Part shown: positions 40,424 to 51,705 of the stretch, piece by piece
Layout of the letters: the number at the start of each line of letters is the position of its first letter
Position numbering within the stretch: position 1 is the first letter of the stretch
Origin: Narcine bancroftii
Taxonomy: Eukaryota
Assembly (NCBI RefSeq): GCF_036971445.1
Contig: NC_091475.1
Location: 53,010,001 to 53,074,000 of the forward strand
Direction of reading: 5' to 3'
Length of the DNA: 64,000 bases
Notes under the pieces: model-generated
The model's input: only the letters and a program-made list of their open reading frames with translations
What the model was told of the DNA's origin: nothing
Database searches by the model: none
Made by a program: the position numbers and the translations under genes

Positions 40424-40705
40424 TGTGGTGGTACACCACTGACCTACTGCAGGGGGCGACCTCTGTACCTGCAGAAGAGCATGGGGACAAGACAACATCT
40501 GGCCGGCTGTCAATCAGCCGACCTGAATGGACCAAGCCCCACCCGGTCGGGTGTCAATCACCCTCCAGGATATAAGCCTGAGCCAGCCCTTTGAAGTCTC
40601 TCTCAAAGCTCACAGCAGCACAATCTCACAATCTTTACATTGAATAAAGCCTGTTGTACAGTCTTTTGGTTTTGTGTGTTTGCTTCCGACTGACAGCACA
40701 CCACA
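40424..40705 (+). mobile_element. Solo LTR (Gypsy-like) with perfect 5-bp TSD
   Basis: TGTGGTG...CACCACA termini; TSD CCTTC at 40419-40423 and 40706-40710; TATA-like gatataag at about 40569 and AATAAA at about 40643. Confidence 0.88.
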
Positions 40706-40714
40706 CCTTCAATG

Positions 40715-41140
40715 CTTTCACTATTAAGAACATGTATAAGAAGGGGTGTCTCAAGTAAGCAGCCTCCATCACCTCAGACCCTCACCTCCCAGGCCATGCC
40801 CTCTTCACACTGCTATGATCAGGAAGGAGGTGCAGGAGCCTGAAGATGAGCACCCAATGGTACAAAAGCAGCTTCCTCCCCTCCGCCATCAGATTTCTGA
40901 AAGGACAATGAACTCACTTCACTCTTTCTATTCTTTAGCACTAATTTAGTTATCCTTAAATAATGTTTTTACGGAAATGTAATTTATAACAACCAGCCAG
41001 AATGCTCTCTATGACTCCCATGTAGAAGTTTTCAAGAGCCTTCAGTGACATACTGAATTTCTTCAAACACCTCATGATGTATAACCACTGGCGAGCTTTC
41101 TTCACAGTCGAAGGAAGTGAAGAAGTCTGCCGTGGCAATA
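40715..41140. mobile_element. Two Rex1/Babar fragments in opposite orientation (+ 40715-40985; - 40990-41140)
   Basis: Minus-strand KKARQWLYIMRCLKKFSMSLKALENFYMGVIESILAGC; plus-strand 3' end similar to 39720-39890. Confidence 0.75.
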
Positions 41141-42701
41141 TCTAAAATTGGCAGGTAGCTGGTGAAAGGGTGGCTAGAGTAAATTATCATTTTGATTTGA
41201 CCTGTGCCTTGGAACACCGTGATTTTTCAGTGCCTCTCCGATTGCTCTCTCTCTCTGCACTCACCAACCCCTTTTGTCTTAACAACTGCTTGATGGTGTT
41301 GCTGTTGCAAGTTTGGTGTCACTCCAGGGTTTGATGCTTCATATTGTTCCTTTTGAATGAGTCAGCAAACAGAAAGCATGAATTGAAAATTGAGTGCAGG
41401 CTCAAAAAGCCAATGGCCACAATGAGAGCACTCCATTATCAAATTAGGTAAACAGAATTCTACAAATTCTAATCAAGCAAATGTTTTCTTTCTTCAATTA
41501 GTTCCTTTCATCCGATATGCTTTTTAAACCCACCATTCTCTTATTTAAGTTGAGATTCAAGTCCATTGCTATGAAGTGTCTGTATTTCAGTCCTTTCTGG
41601 TTTTTACACAGCCACTGCCAAATGGGAAATTTTCACAAAATTCCCACAACACAGGCTGTGTAAAAAGTTCAGAACGGAAATGATTGACTCATTCCAATTC
41701 TGAAAATTTTCTTGCGGCAGCCCTAGATAATTTTGCAGATTGCCTGCAGTCTGAACTGAACTGCAGGTGGTCTGTAACAATGGGCTAATGAATACAGTGT
41801 ACATGATGATGTGCGATGATGAGTTCAACGCGAGACATTGCAACGCGGGAGATTTAAATGCGAAGCAAGGTGACGTGTACTTACCAGCAGCCGTCAACCA
41901 CTATGTTGAATCATTGGAGTGATGCTGGCAGTAACAGGATCTGTGGATCCAGAGCCATCTTTGCTCTTCTGTCCTGGGGCTTGTTTGGATGCAGGTGAAT
42001 GATGTTACTGATGATGTTGACGCAGTGATGCCGTGTGTCTCACATACGTCATACATCATGGGCAACATCAACTCATGTTAAGTCTACATAAGTATCACAC
42101 CTACAATACTTTGTCTAAACACGCAGCGAAATCCGTACCAGGTCATTCTGTGGGAACAGCCATTCCAGAAGGTAAGTGTGAAAACCGACAATGCAAAAAT
42201 CATGTTCTTTATGTATAAAAACCATAATTGAAAGGACTCTCGAATCAAATTCTTGGTTAATTGTTGCATTTGAGAAGCCTTCATTTCGAGGGCATGGCTC
42301 TGACAGTCATATGATCACATGACCCTTCCCACTCCTGACCCATCGTCACAACTGCAAGCAATGAGCACTGAATTGCACAGAGATGTCATGGGATCCACTG
42401 GCCAAACTGAGAAAATGGTGCTGAAGAAATTTGGATTTTTTTTGTTGAAATAACAGAAGATTGATGAGACAAATGAATCTCAAAGATACTTCATAGAATC
42501 CCACATTATATCAATGTCAGCAAAGCTGAAGCACAAAAAAAGAACTGGCTGCAGGATCATAAATTGAAAAATGGAGATAAAAAGCAGAGAATTGTATTGA
42601 AGATTTGATTCTCAGACTGGAATAAGGTGAACTAATATGTTCCCCAGAGCTGTGGCCATTGATTCCTCTGCTAATTCAAATAACTTGAGCATGATCTACA
42701 G

Positions 42702-43059
42702 CAGTGGTTCTCAACTTTTTTCTTTCCACTCACACACCACTTTAAGTATTCTCTATGCCATCAGTGCACTGTACTCAGTAAGGGATTGCTTAAGGTGGGA
42801 TGTGGGTGGAAAGAAAAAGTTTTAAAACCATTGTTTTAATCGTACCTTATGTCAATATGTCGTTATGTGCACAGTTTCATAATTCCAAAGGAAATGGGCC
42901 AATTACAGTTCTTCTCAAGCAAAATATTTCAGCAACAATTGAGTCTAGAGCAGTGACTTTTAATCTTCCCTTCCTTATCACTTACCACCTTAAGCAATCC
43001 CTTACTAATCACAGAGCACCGATAGCTTTGGGATTACTTAAAGTGGTATGTGAGTGGAA
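42702..43059. mobile_element. hAT/Charlie-type composite MITE, copy 3 (right end hit by an RTE insertion)
   Basis: Left TIR after atctacag; collinear with copy 1. Confidence 0.88.
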
Positions 43060-43516
43060 GATCCAGCTGCGCTGGATGGGTCACGTCTCCAGAATGGAGG
43101 ACCATCGCCTTCCCAAGATCGTATTATATGGCGAGCTCTCCACTGGCCACCGTGACAGAGGTGCACCAAAGAAAAGGTACAAGGACTGCCTAAAGAAATC
43201 TCTTGGTGCCTGCCACATTGACCACCGCCAGTGGGCTGATAACGCCTCAAACCGTGCATCTTGGCGCCTCACAGTTTGGCGGGCAGCAGCCTCCTTTGAA
43301 GAAGACCGCAGAGCCCACCTCACTGACAAAAGGCAAAGGAGGAAAAACCCAACACCCAACCCCAACCAACCAATTTTCCCTTGCAACCGCTGCAATCGTG
43401 TCTGCCCGTCCCGCATCGGACTGGTCAGCCACAAACGAGCCTGCAGCTGACGTGGACTTTTTACCCCCTCCATAAATCTTCGTCCGCGAAGCCAAGCCAA
43501 AGAAAAAAAAAGAAAA
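43060..43516 (+). mobile_element. Young 5'-truncated RTE-clade LINE
   Basis: Open frame IQLRWMGHVSRMEDHRLPKIVLYGEL..FPCNRCNRVCPSRIGLVSHKRACS*, A-rich tail, 12-bp TSD ATGTGAGTGGAA (43048-43059 and 43517-43528). Confidence 0.93.
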
Positions 43517-43559
43517 ATGTGAGTGGAAACAGGTTTCTGCATCAGACAAATATTGGGAT

Positions 43560-44500
43560 TTGATTCTTAAATTACTTAATATTTCTTCACTATGTGCTCG
43601 ACATTCTGTTAATCATTTCAAGGTTGTACATCAGATCTACATGCTTAAAGATAAATTTTTCCATATAATTCTTGATCTAAATCCCCAATGTGACAGATAT
43701 AATGACGGGGAAGCAATCTTGATACATATGTTCTGGTCTTATTGGGTTCTTGATCCTTACTGGAGGGAGATTTTTTTTTTGTGTTTTGTCAATAATATTG
43801 CGTGTTAATCCTGAACCTCATCCTTTAATGGCTTTGTGTGGACTGTTAGACAATATTAACAAGCTATTTTCTTCATCTGATTGTCAAGTCATACTATTTA
43901 CAGCTCTTACGGCATGAGAGCTCTCCTACTTAGATGGAAAGATCCTGTTCCACCCACTAGTACTCAGTGCTTAATTTAGAAAAGATCAGGTGTTCCACGT
44001 TTTATATTAACACTAATTTTCATAAAATTTGGAGTCTTTTTATGAACTATTTTTGGGCTCATTAAATCTGTTTGTCTTGATCATTGAATGTATTTATTTA
44101 AGTATATGGTTTTTCCTTCAGTTAGTAATGTTTTATAGATTCGGCAGAACTATACTACCTCTAATTTTATGTCAAAACATCCAGGTTTTGTCAGTTGGGG
44201 GTCAGTTATTTGGTTTTTTTTGTCATTCTGACAACATTGTATGGGGAAAGGGTTTATCATTATTGTTTTATTTTGGGAAATATACTTGTATTCTTCATAT
44301 TTGGTAACCTTGTTTCTCTATACAATGTGTTCTTGTTCTATAAAATGGTAACAAAGCCAGAATAATATGAAGGGTAAAATTTGAAGGTAATAAAGAAAAA
44401 TGGTTGGAGCTTGATTTACACATGAGAAAATATTTGAAAGTGGAAGGTCCTTTTGAGAAATACAGTTCAAAGGAGAAGAATCTGATCTTCCCATAAATAG
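43560..44500 (-). mobile_element. Degraded L1-clade LINE ORF2 fragment
   Basis: T-rich plus strand with degraded L1-like motifs; no intact frame. Confidence 0.45.
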
Positions 44501-44504
44501 ATCA

Positions 44505-44980
44505 AACTCATAGAAATGCTGGAGGAATTCAGCAGATCTCTTAGTGTCCAAAGGAGGTAAAGATATTTAACTCATGTTTGGGACCTGAGCCCTTCTTCAT
44601 TAACCATATAACCATATACAGCACAGAACAGGCCAGTTTGGCTTTACTAGTCCATGCCGGAACAAATCCCCACCCTCCTAGTCCCACTGACCACCACCTG
44701 GTCCATACCCCTCCAATCCTCTCCCCTCCATGTAATTATCCAGTCTTTCCTTAAATGTAAATAACGTCCTTGCTTCAACCGCCTCTGCCAGAAGCTTATT
44801 CCACATCCCAACCACCCTTTGCGAGAAGAAATTTCCCCTCATGTTGTATGAGTAAAAGGCAGGGGAAGGAAGAAAAACAGAGTTAGAGGAAAGGAGACAT
44901 AGGCAAAGTGTGGGTGGTTAATGGAAAATGGAGAAGTCGATGTTAATGCCATTCAGTATCTCACTCCAGCAGGGTATGGT
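44505..44980 (-). mobile_element. Penelope terminal fragment interrupted by a CR1 3' tail (44602-44845)
   Basis: aaatgctggaggaattcagcag..gacctgagcccttcttca, then taaccatataaccatatacagcacagaacaggcc (reverse CR1 tail). Confidence 0.7.
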
Positions 44981-45059
44981 ATCCACCTGTTTCGGTGCCC
45001 AAGAAGAGTGTAGTAACCTACCTTAATGACTATTGACCAGTAACACTTACATCAACAGA

Positions 45060-46310
45060 AAATAGAACATAGAACAATACAGCACAGTTCAGGCCCTTTG
45101 GTCCTAGATGTTGTACCAACCCAATTAATCCTTCCTAAAAAAAGAATTAAACCTCCCTACCTCATAACCCTTTATCTTTCATTCATCCACATATCTGTCT
45201 AAGAGTCAAATGCTCCTAATGTTTCAGCCTCCACCATCATTCCTGGCAAGGCATTCCAGGCACACACAAATCTTGGTGTAAAAAAATTTTACTCCTAATG
45301 TGTACCCTAAACTTCCTTCCCTTAACTTTGAACATATGTCCTCTGGTGTTTGGTGATCCTGCCCTGGGAAGCAGGTGCAGGCTGTCCACCCTATCTATGC
45401 CTCTCATAATCTTGTTGACCTCCATCGTCCCCTCTCAACCTTCTATGCACCAAAGAGAAAAGTTCCAGCTCTGCTAACCTTGCCTCATAAGACTTGTTTC
45501 CCAATCCAGGCAACCTGTGCGACAACCTTGAGGGATGTATAGATTTGCACCCCAAGATCCTTCTGTTCATTCATACTCTTAAGTAACTGGCCATTAACCC
45601 TGTACTCAGCCTCTGGTTTGTCCTTCCAAAACTCACACTTATCCTGAGTGAAATCCATCTTCCACTTTTCTGCCCAAATCCGCATCCTGTCTATATCCTT
45701 TTGTAACCTTCAACAACCTTTAGCTCTATCCACAACTCCTCCAACCTTCGTGTCATCCGCAAACTTACTGACTCATCCTTCCGCCTCTTCATCCAGGTCA
45801 TTTATAAAAATCACAATGAGCAGGTGTTCCAGAACAGATCCCTGCAGCACTCCACTAGTCACCGACCTCCAGAAAGAATATTTCCTTCCCCTACTACTCT
45901 CTGCTTTCTTCCTGTGAGCCAATTTTTTTTATCCACACAGCCAAGGTCCCAATGATTCCCTGCCTCATGACTTTCTGGATGAGTCTCTTGTGGGGGATCT
46001 TGTCAAATGCTTTGCTCAAATCCATGAAGACCATATCTACCACCCTACAATTTCTTTTGTAACCTCCTCAAAAAACTCAATTAGACTCATGAGGCATAAC
46101 CTTCCCTTCACAAGGCTATGCTGGCTGTCCTTGAGTAGACTGTACTTCACCAAATGCTCATAATTCCTATTCTTAAGAATCCTCTCCACTGACATAAGAC
46201 TCACCAGTCTATAATTTCCAGGTTTTTTTAAACAAGAGGCCAACGTTAATCTTTCTCCAATGCTCTGGCACCTCCCCGGCGCCAAAGAGAATTTAAAAAT
46301 CATAGCTACT
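45060..46310 (-). mobile_element. CR1 LINE (RT to 3' tail, internally deleted)
   Basis: Minus-strand KKPGNYRLVSLMSVERIL..GRLCLMSLIEFFEEVTK, KFADDTKVGG, WAEKWKMDF..KDLGVQI; (atagaac)n tail at 45062. Confidence 0.92.
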
Positions 46311-46319
46311 GCCCTAGTG

Positions 46320-46930
46320 GTGGTGTTTTAAAAAGCTGATGATGAACTCCTCAGGAGTTGGCGGAGCTTTGTTTTGACACCAGAAACCCTGGCAAATTTC
46401 TACAGATGTGTGGTGGAAAGTGTGCTGACCGGCTGCATCATGGTCTGGTATGGGAATAGCAATACTCCTGAGCTTAAAGCCCTCCAAAAGATTGTGGACA
46501 CAGCCACAGGACAAAACAGGCAAAACTCCCATTATTGAGTACATTTACAGGGAACAGCAATCATCAAAGACCCACACCACCCAGCACACAATCTCTCTCA
46601 CTGCTGCCATTAGGAAACAGGTATAGGTGCCACAAGACTCACACCACCAGGCTCAGGAACAGCTGCTATGCCTCCACCGTCAGCCTCCTCAATGACAAAC
46701 TCAATCAGAGACTCATTTCAGAGCTCTTACTTGAGTACTCTATTGATTTTCTTTTTGTTCTCTCTGTATTGCATAGCCAGTTTGTTTACATTCGTCATCT
46801 GTTCACAGTTCTTTGTATGTTTCCATATTTACACTGTGTACAGTTTTTTTTGTATTATCAATTTGTGGTAATTCTGCCGCGCCCACAGGAGGAGTCTCAA
46901 TATGTACTCTTACAGTAAATCTGAAATCTG
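46320..46930 (+). mobile_element. Rex1/Babar LINE 3' end; an upstream piece lies at 44985-45058
   Basis: Peptides FYRCVVESVLTGCIMVWYG and LLPLGNRYRCHKTHTTRLRNSCY; tctgaaatctg tail. Confidence 0.85.
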
Positions 46931-47513
46931 GAATGGAATGTTTGTTTCAGGAGTCTGGTGCATTAGTTGGTATTTGTCACCTTGTCCTATTTACATTTAA
47001 AAATTATGTCTTCTTTGTAGATAAACTTCTGTGTTCAAATTTTATATTGCAGGCTAAAAATTCATCCACCTATTTGTATTTTATTTCTTGCATTGTTCAG
47101 TTAATCAGTTGTAAATTACATTGATGATCACAGATTGTCCTCGATTCATTTTCATGAATATGGAATGCTAATTCATTTATCTTTCCCACAATTGCAAAGG
47201 TTGTGTGGATGGTAATGTTGAATGTTAATATGCAAAGTTAACAAGGATCCCTATTTCCTGCCTTTCTGTGTTCCTCGAGGTTACAATTTTCTGCAAAATG
47301 GAGATGCATGTTCCAGAAAGGTCTTTTCTGTGTGAATCAACATGCTAGGATGGAAACTTCATTGTATTTCTGTCTGATTATGTTTTTTTTGTGTGTATTT
47401 GTTGGTGCTGACTGTGATTTTTGCCGCAACCTTGCTTTATGTGCAGAAAATGTGAGCTCATCTGTAGTGCTTTGCAGTCAGCAATCTAAATTCTCTTTGC
47501 TTTTGTTTTACAG

Positions 47514-47689
47514 GAATTACAGGATGGAATTGGAAGCCAGAAGGCTGCTGTCGCTGGTTTGAATGTGACCGGAGAAGATATTATTGGACAGTCGTCACCT
47601 GTTGATGGCGGCATCCTCAAGGAGAAACTGTGTGAGCTGAACAGACGCTGGCAGGAAATCTGCAGACAGGTGGATGAGAGAAAGAGAAG
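47514..47689 (+). CDS. DMD: Dystrophin internal coding exon, orthologous to human DMD exon 45 (spectrin-like rod repeat)
   Basis: Acceptor ttctctttgcttttgttttacag and donor AAG|gtaatt; length 176 nt, phase 0 start and phase 2 end, as in human exon 45. Translation ELQDGIGSQKAAVAGLNVTGEDIIGQSSPVDGGILKEKLCELNRRWQEICRQVDERKR(R) aligns without gaps to the recalled human ELQDGIGQRQTVVRTLNATGEEIIQQSSKTDASILQEKLGSLNLRWQEVCKQLSDRKKR. Confidence 0.93.
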
Positions 47690-47899
47690 GTAATTTCATG
47701 GTTTCTCTTGCACACAAGCGCCATAATGTTGAAGGAGTCGTTTGAGGTACAAGATGGCCTTGTTTCAATGCTTTGCTGTATTTGAGGTGTATATAGTAAA
47801 AAAACTGGAAATTTTTCACATTCACCTCACCATCTGTGACCATGAAAATAAACTGATTATCCGTCATCTGTTCTCCTTTTACTGAAATCAAATGTGTAT

Positions 47900-48460
47900 A
47901 TTAATCAAGGACAGGAGCAAGCCACTTGGCTCATGATTCAGCTCTGCTGTTCAATATCATCTCAACTGATCTGATTCACTATTCCTTTCATCATTTCCTC
48001 CTACCCTGGTAACCTGTCACTTATTTGCTTATCTCAAATCTATTTATTCAAAGACTGCTTTCACCCCTTGTTGAAGAAGCAAGTTCCTGTCTCCAAGACT
48101 TCTGGCCCCTGGTTCCAGTGTCTCCACAAAAGGAAGCGTCTTCACATCTGCCACATCAAGACCACTCACAATCCCATGTTTCATTCAACTTGCCTGTCAG
48201 TCTCCCTCCATTCCAGTGGAAACAGCACAACTCCATCCAATGTTATTGAGAAGACAGTCCACCCATCTTCTTTGCTTCAAATGCATTGCAAGCATGGCTT
48301 AAATAAGGAGATCAATTGTCTAACCAGTTCTCCAGAATTGTTCTGATCAATGCCCTACATGAATGAAACCACGCTGTTTGGTCCGTCTAATTTTCAAAGC
48401 TAGAACATTCAATTAGCTTTTCAAATTAAGATTCTTGCGCACTGTTGATTGGTGAATCAT
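47900..48460 (-). mobile_element. Old CR1 3' region
   Basis: caggagcaagccacttggctcatgattcagctctgctgttcaatatcatc and downstream degraded CR1 motifs. Confidence 0.55.
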
Positions 48461-48904
48461 GTGTTCTTACACCCAGATCCCTCTCCACCTGATCTGATCT
48501 GCCTCAATGTATCCATTAATTTAGGACAAAATTACACCAATCACATTAACAAGCATCAAAGCTTCCATGTTCAATCTTGTTTCTGTTACTGTATTTCCAT
48601 GTCTTGGCTTCAGTGTTGTGTTCTGAGATTATCAAAAAACCATAAAATTGTTGATTGTGGGATTAAAGCCAAAGCACCCAAGCAGTGTTGACCTTGTAGC
48701 TCATGTTCAGTCATTAAATGTTCACCTGGAGTTTAACTTGACAAGTGGTTCAGAAAGGATGATCAAAATGATTGTCAATGATGTCACACCCCTATCATGA
48801 TCTCACCTATACTGCTGTATCCAATGTGCAAGAACTAGGTTAGCAATGCAGCTCCCTCCACCCCACCCCTTCCCCCAGTACCCAATAGCTCAGTTAAATT
48901 CCAC

Positions 48905-50090
48905 CTCAAGTTCATTATTATCTGACTGACCATCTAAAACCAGACAAAGCAGCATTTCTCCAGACCATGGTGCATACATACAATACACAGCACATCATAA
49001 TCACATATATGCATAAAGATATCAAATAAATATGGATACATATTTTGGAATAATTTACTCAGGATCATCAATCTCACAGCAATTTCCCAGTCTGGGAGTC
49101 CTGATTTTAATGTTCTTGTACTTCCTTTCTGCTGGTATTGTGTCAAAGATGCAAAGAATTCTCAATAATTTTTGGAGTCCTATTTAAGCAATGCTCCCCA
49201 TAAATGTCACCAAGAGAGCAAAGGGAGACCCTGGTGATCTTCTCAGCCGCTTTGATGAACCTCAGTATGGACTTCCAGTTTGATGCTTTGCAGCAATATC
49301 TCGTAATCTTGTCAAATGAATGGAATATTTGTCTTTGCAGCACACAATAAGGCAGGTGGCCTCACCTAATGGTGCACAGCACAAAGTTACATGAGGGGTT
49401 GTGAGAGATGCCTGCTGCCCAATGAACAAGGGTTCAGCCAGTGGAAGAGCCTCTCTTAGACCCAAAAGGTTCCTCTCTTTGCCTGAGCTATTTCTACCTT
49501 CTGCCCATCCCCTACTCTAACACTTTCACGGTCATTTTGTGGTTCCCTAAAAGGCAAGTGGCTTTGTTGATTGACTGTCAGTTTTATTATTCCTACAACG
49601 ACTGATGTTGTTTTGCATTGAGCAACAGAGAAGGCAAAAAAGTGCCAATGAAGTTTTAGGATATAAAGTCATACAAGCTTCATGTGAAGCATGTTTGGAT
49701 GTTTCTGCGGCCCCCTCTGCACCCTTGCCCCCAAAAAGCTCTGAGCTACAATCAGACTGAATGAGTCCTTTGACGTTGCAATGTGAAAAATGGTCCTGCT
49801 GACTATAATTGCCAGTGTTTTGTAAACTGTCAGGTCTATTGGTGGGAATTTCTTGATTGTTCATTGGTGAGCAGCAGATGGGCACCAAGGACTCCTTTGG
49901 TTGTGCTGCTTTTGGAGATTGGCCACCTGCCATTTGTTTCTGAGGCTGGGCCTGGATGAACTCTGCCTGCTTGTAGTCGCCCAGTGTTATGGTAGAGGTG
50001 TGGACTGGTGAAGTAGGGGCATGAAACAACTTTGATGAAAGGTTGGCAGAGATTTGAATCACAGTCAGCAGATAGCCAGTTGGATTAGAA
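48905..50090 (-). mobile_element. Degraded Rex1/Babar-like LINE (3' end 48905-49440; endonuclease-like remnant 49540-50090)
   Basis: Minus-strand IKAAEKITRVSLCSLGDIY and ITLGDYKQA (GDFN-like). Confidence 0.55.
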
Positions 50091-50380
50091 CAGTGGTTTT
50101 CAAACTGCTCCCCAGACTCACATTCCACCTTAAGCAATCACTCTGCCATCAGTGCTCTGTGATTAGTCAGGGATTGCTTAAGGTGGGATGTCAGTGGGAA
50201 CAGAAGGTTGAGAATCACTGCTCGAGACCCAATTGTTACTGAAGTATTTGCTTGAGAAAAATTGTTATTGGCCCATTTCCTTTGAAGTTACAAAACAGTG
50301 CACATCTCAAGTCAATTAGTTAGCAATCTCTTACTAATCTAAGAGCACCTATGGCATTGGGATTGCTTAAGGTGGTCTAT
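50091..50380. mobile_element. hAT composite MITE, copy 4 (reverse orientation, truncated)
   Basis: cagtggttttcaaact..gagaatcactgctcgagacccaattg. Confidence 0.85.
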
Positions 50381-50569
50381 GAGTTTAGTGGGGCAGTTTG
50401 AATTAGAGTTTTGGGAATTGGGATAATCATTGAGGTGGGTTGTCATAATGTGCTGGTATTGAGGAGATCTATGAGGTGCTGGGGTGCGAACTGGTGAAAG
50501 TAAATAGCTATACCTACAGCTGTCCCACTCTGGCACTGCATTATTCATGCCTAATAGTTCCAAAAAAGA

Positions 50570-50940
50570 ACTGAGTTAATTGTCATACAATTTACATATT
50601 CACATTGAAATTCTTACTTGCTCCAGAAAATCAGGCATTTAATAAAAAAACTACAATTGAATTGAATTAAAAAGACATAATTACCAAAAATAGATCATTA
50701 AAACTCCAAGCTAGAAAAATATGTGGAGCTGCAATAGTTCAGACAGCCATTTTGTGGTGATGCAGCAGTCCTTAATCAGTATAGCAAGGGGAGCTTCATG
50801 AGCCTGAAAACCATTGAAAAGGAACTGTTCTTCAACTCGGAGGTGCTGATCTTCAGGTTTCTGTACCTTCTACCTAAAGATAACAGTGAGATGACGTTGT
50901 TACCACGGTGATGGGATCCTTTATAATGTTAGTTGCCCAA
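50570..50940 (-). mobile_element. Rex1/Babar 3' end
   Basis: gaactgttcttcaactcggaggtgctgatcttcaggtttctgtaccttctacc, the reverse of the family 3' end. Confidence 0.65.
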
Positions 50941-51463
50941 TGTAGCGAACTTGGTCCAGACACAGTGCTGCAGATGGAATAAAGCATCTTGTTAGGGTTC
51001 TCATTTCAGAAAAAATGCAGGAGAGTAAAAGAAGACATGAGAAAAATCAGCTTCAGTTGTACTTGAGCATAAAGAAATCATGGGCTTTATGCAAGTGACT
51101 GCTGACAAGAATGGTGCACTTGACATTAATATATTTTGAGGGGTAAAATTGCTTATCAGCAGACAGCTGGTGGGGTAACAAAATTATTCTGTGCAATACT
51201 CAACAAAGGGAAGGCAGAAAAATATCTCGTAATCTTGTCAAATGAATGGAATATTTGTCTTTGATGTCACTGAGAAAAGTTCAAGACTATATATTTGGCA
51301 CATGCTCAAGAACTTAGTCTTAATGCACCATTTGTGCAAGACTAATCCATGCATGCAGCATCCACTAATAATAACTGTTTCTTTATTATTTCTCAATTAA
51401 CAGTATTTGTCTTGGTGTGTGGTTAATTATATTTCCCTGTGTACAACTTCAATTAAATCAACT

Positions 51464-51705
51464 GCAGCACTGTTGGCATAGTGGTTAGTGGAATGCCTTC
51501 ACAGCGCCAGCGATCGGGACCGGGATTTGAATCCCACGCTATATGTTAGGAGTTTGTATATTCTCTCCAGGTCTGCGTGGGTTTCCTCCACGAGCTCCAG
51601 TTTCCTTCCATCATTTGAAACATACTAGGGGTTATAGGTTAATTGGGTGTAAATTGGGCGACACAGACTCGAGGACCAAAATGGCCTGTATGTCTTTTTT
51701 TTTAA
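51464..51705 (+). mobile_element. V-SINE
   Basis: A-box-like tggcatagtggtt, gatttgaatcc, V core and CR1 tail. Confidence 0.87.

Larger units (their letters stand above)
1..47513 (+). other. DMD: 3' part of dystrophin intron 44 (very large intron)
   Basis: No exon-44-like sequence (RFDRSVEKW..) found upstream of exon 45 by eye; human intron 44 is the largest DMD intron. Confidence 0.75.

Noticed and set aside
42800-43450. 216-aa ORF as a host gene
   Set aside because: The N-terminal part is MITE sequence and the C-terminal part is a truncated RTE bounded by a TSD.
47514-47689. Utrophin or DRP2 as the identity of the exon
   Set aside because: ELQDGIG, TGE.II.QSS and RWQE.C.Q match dystrophin better than the recalled utrophin equivalent (ELEVGISS..RWDAIV); not formally tested.
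47308-47891. ORFs 47308-47562 (+) and 47595-47891 (-) overlapping the exon
   Set aside because: Out-of-frame or antisense shadows of the dystrophin exon.
49547-50137. 196-aa minus-strand ORF
   Set aside because: Starts inside a MITE and runs through degraded LINE sequence; no splice or domain support.
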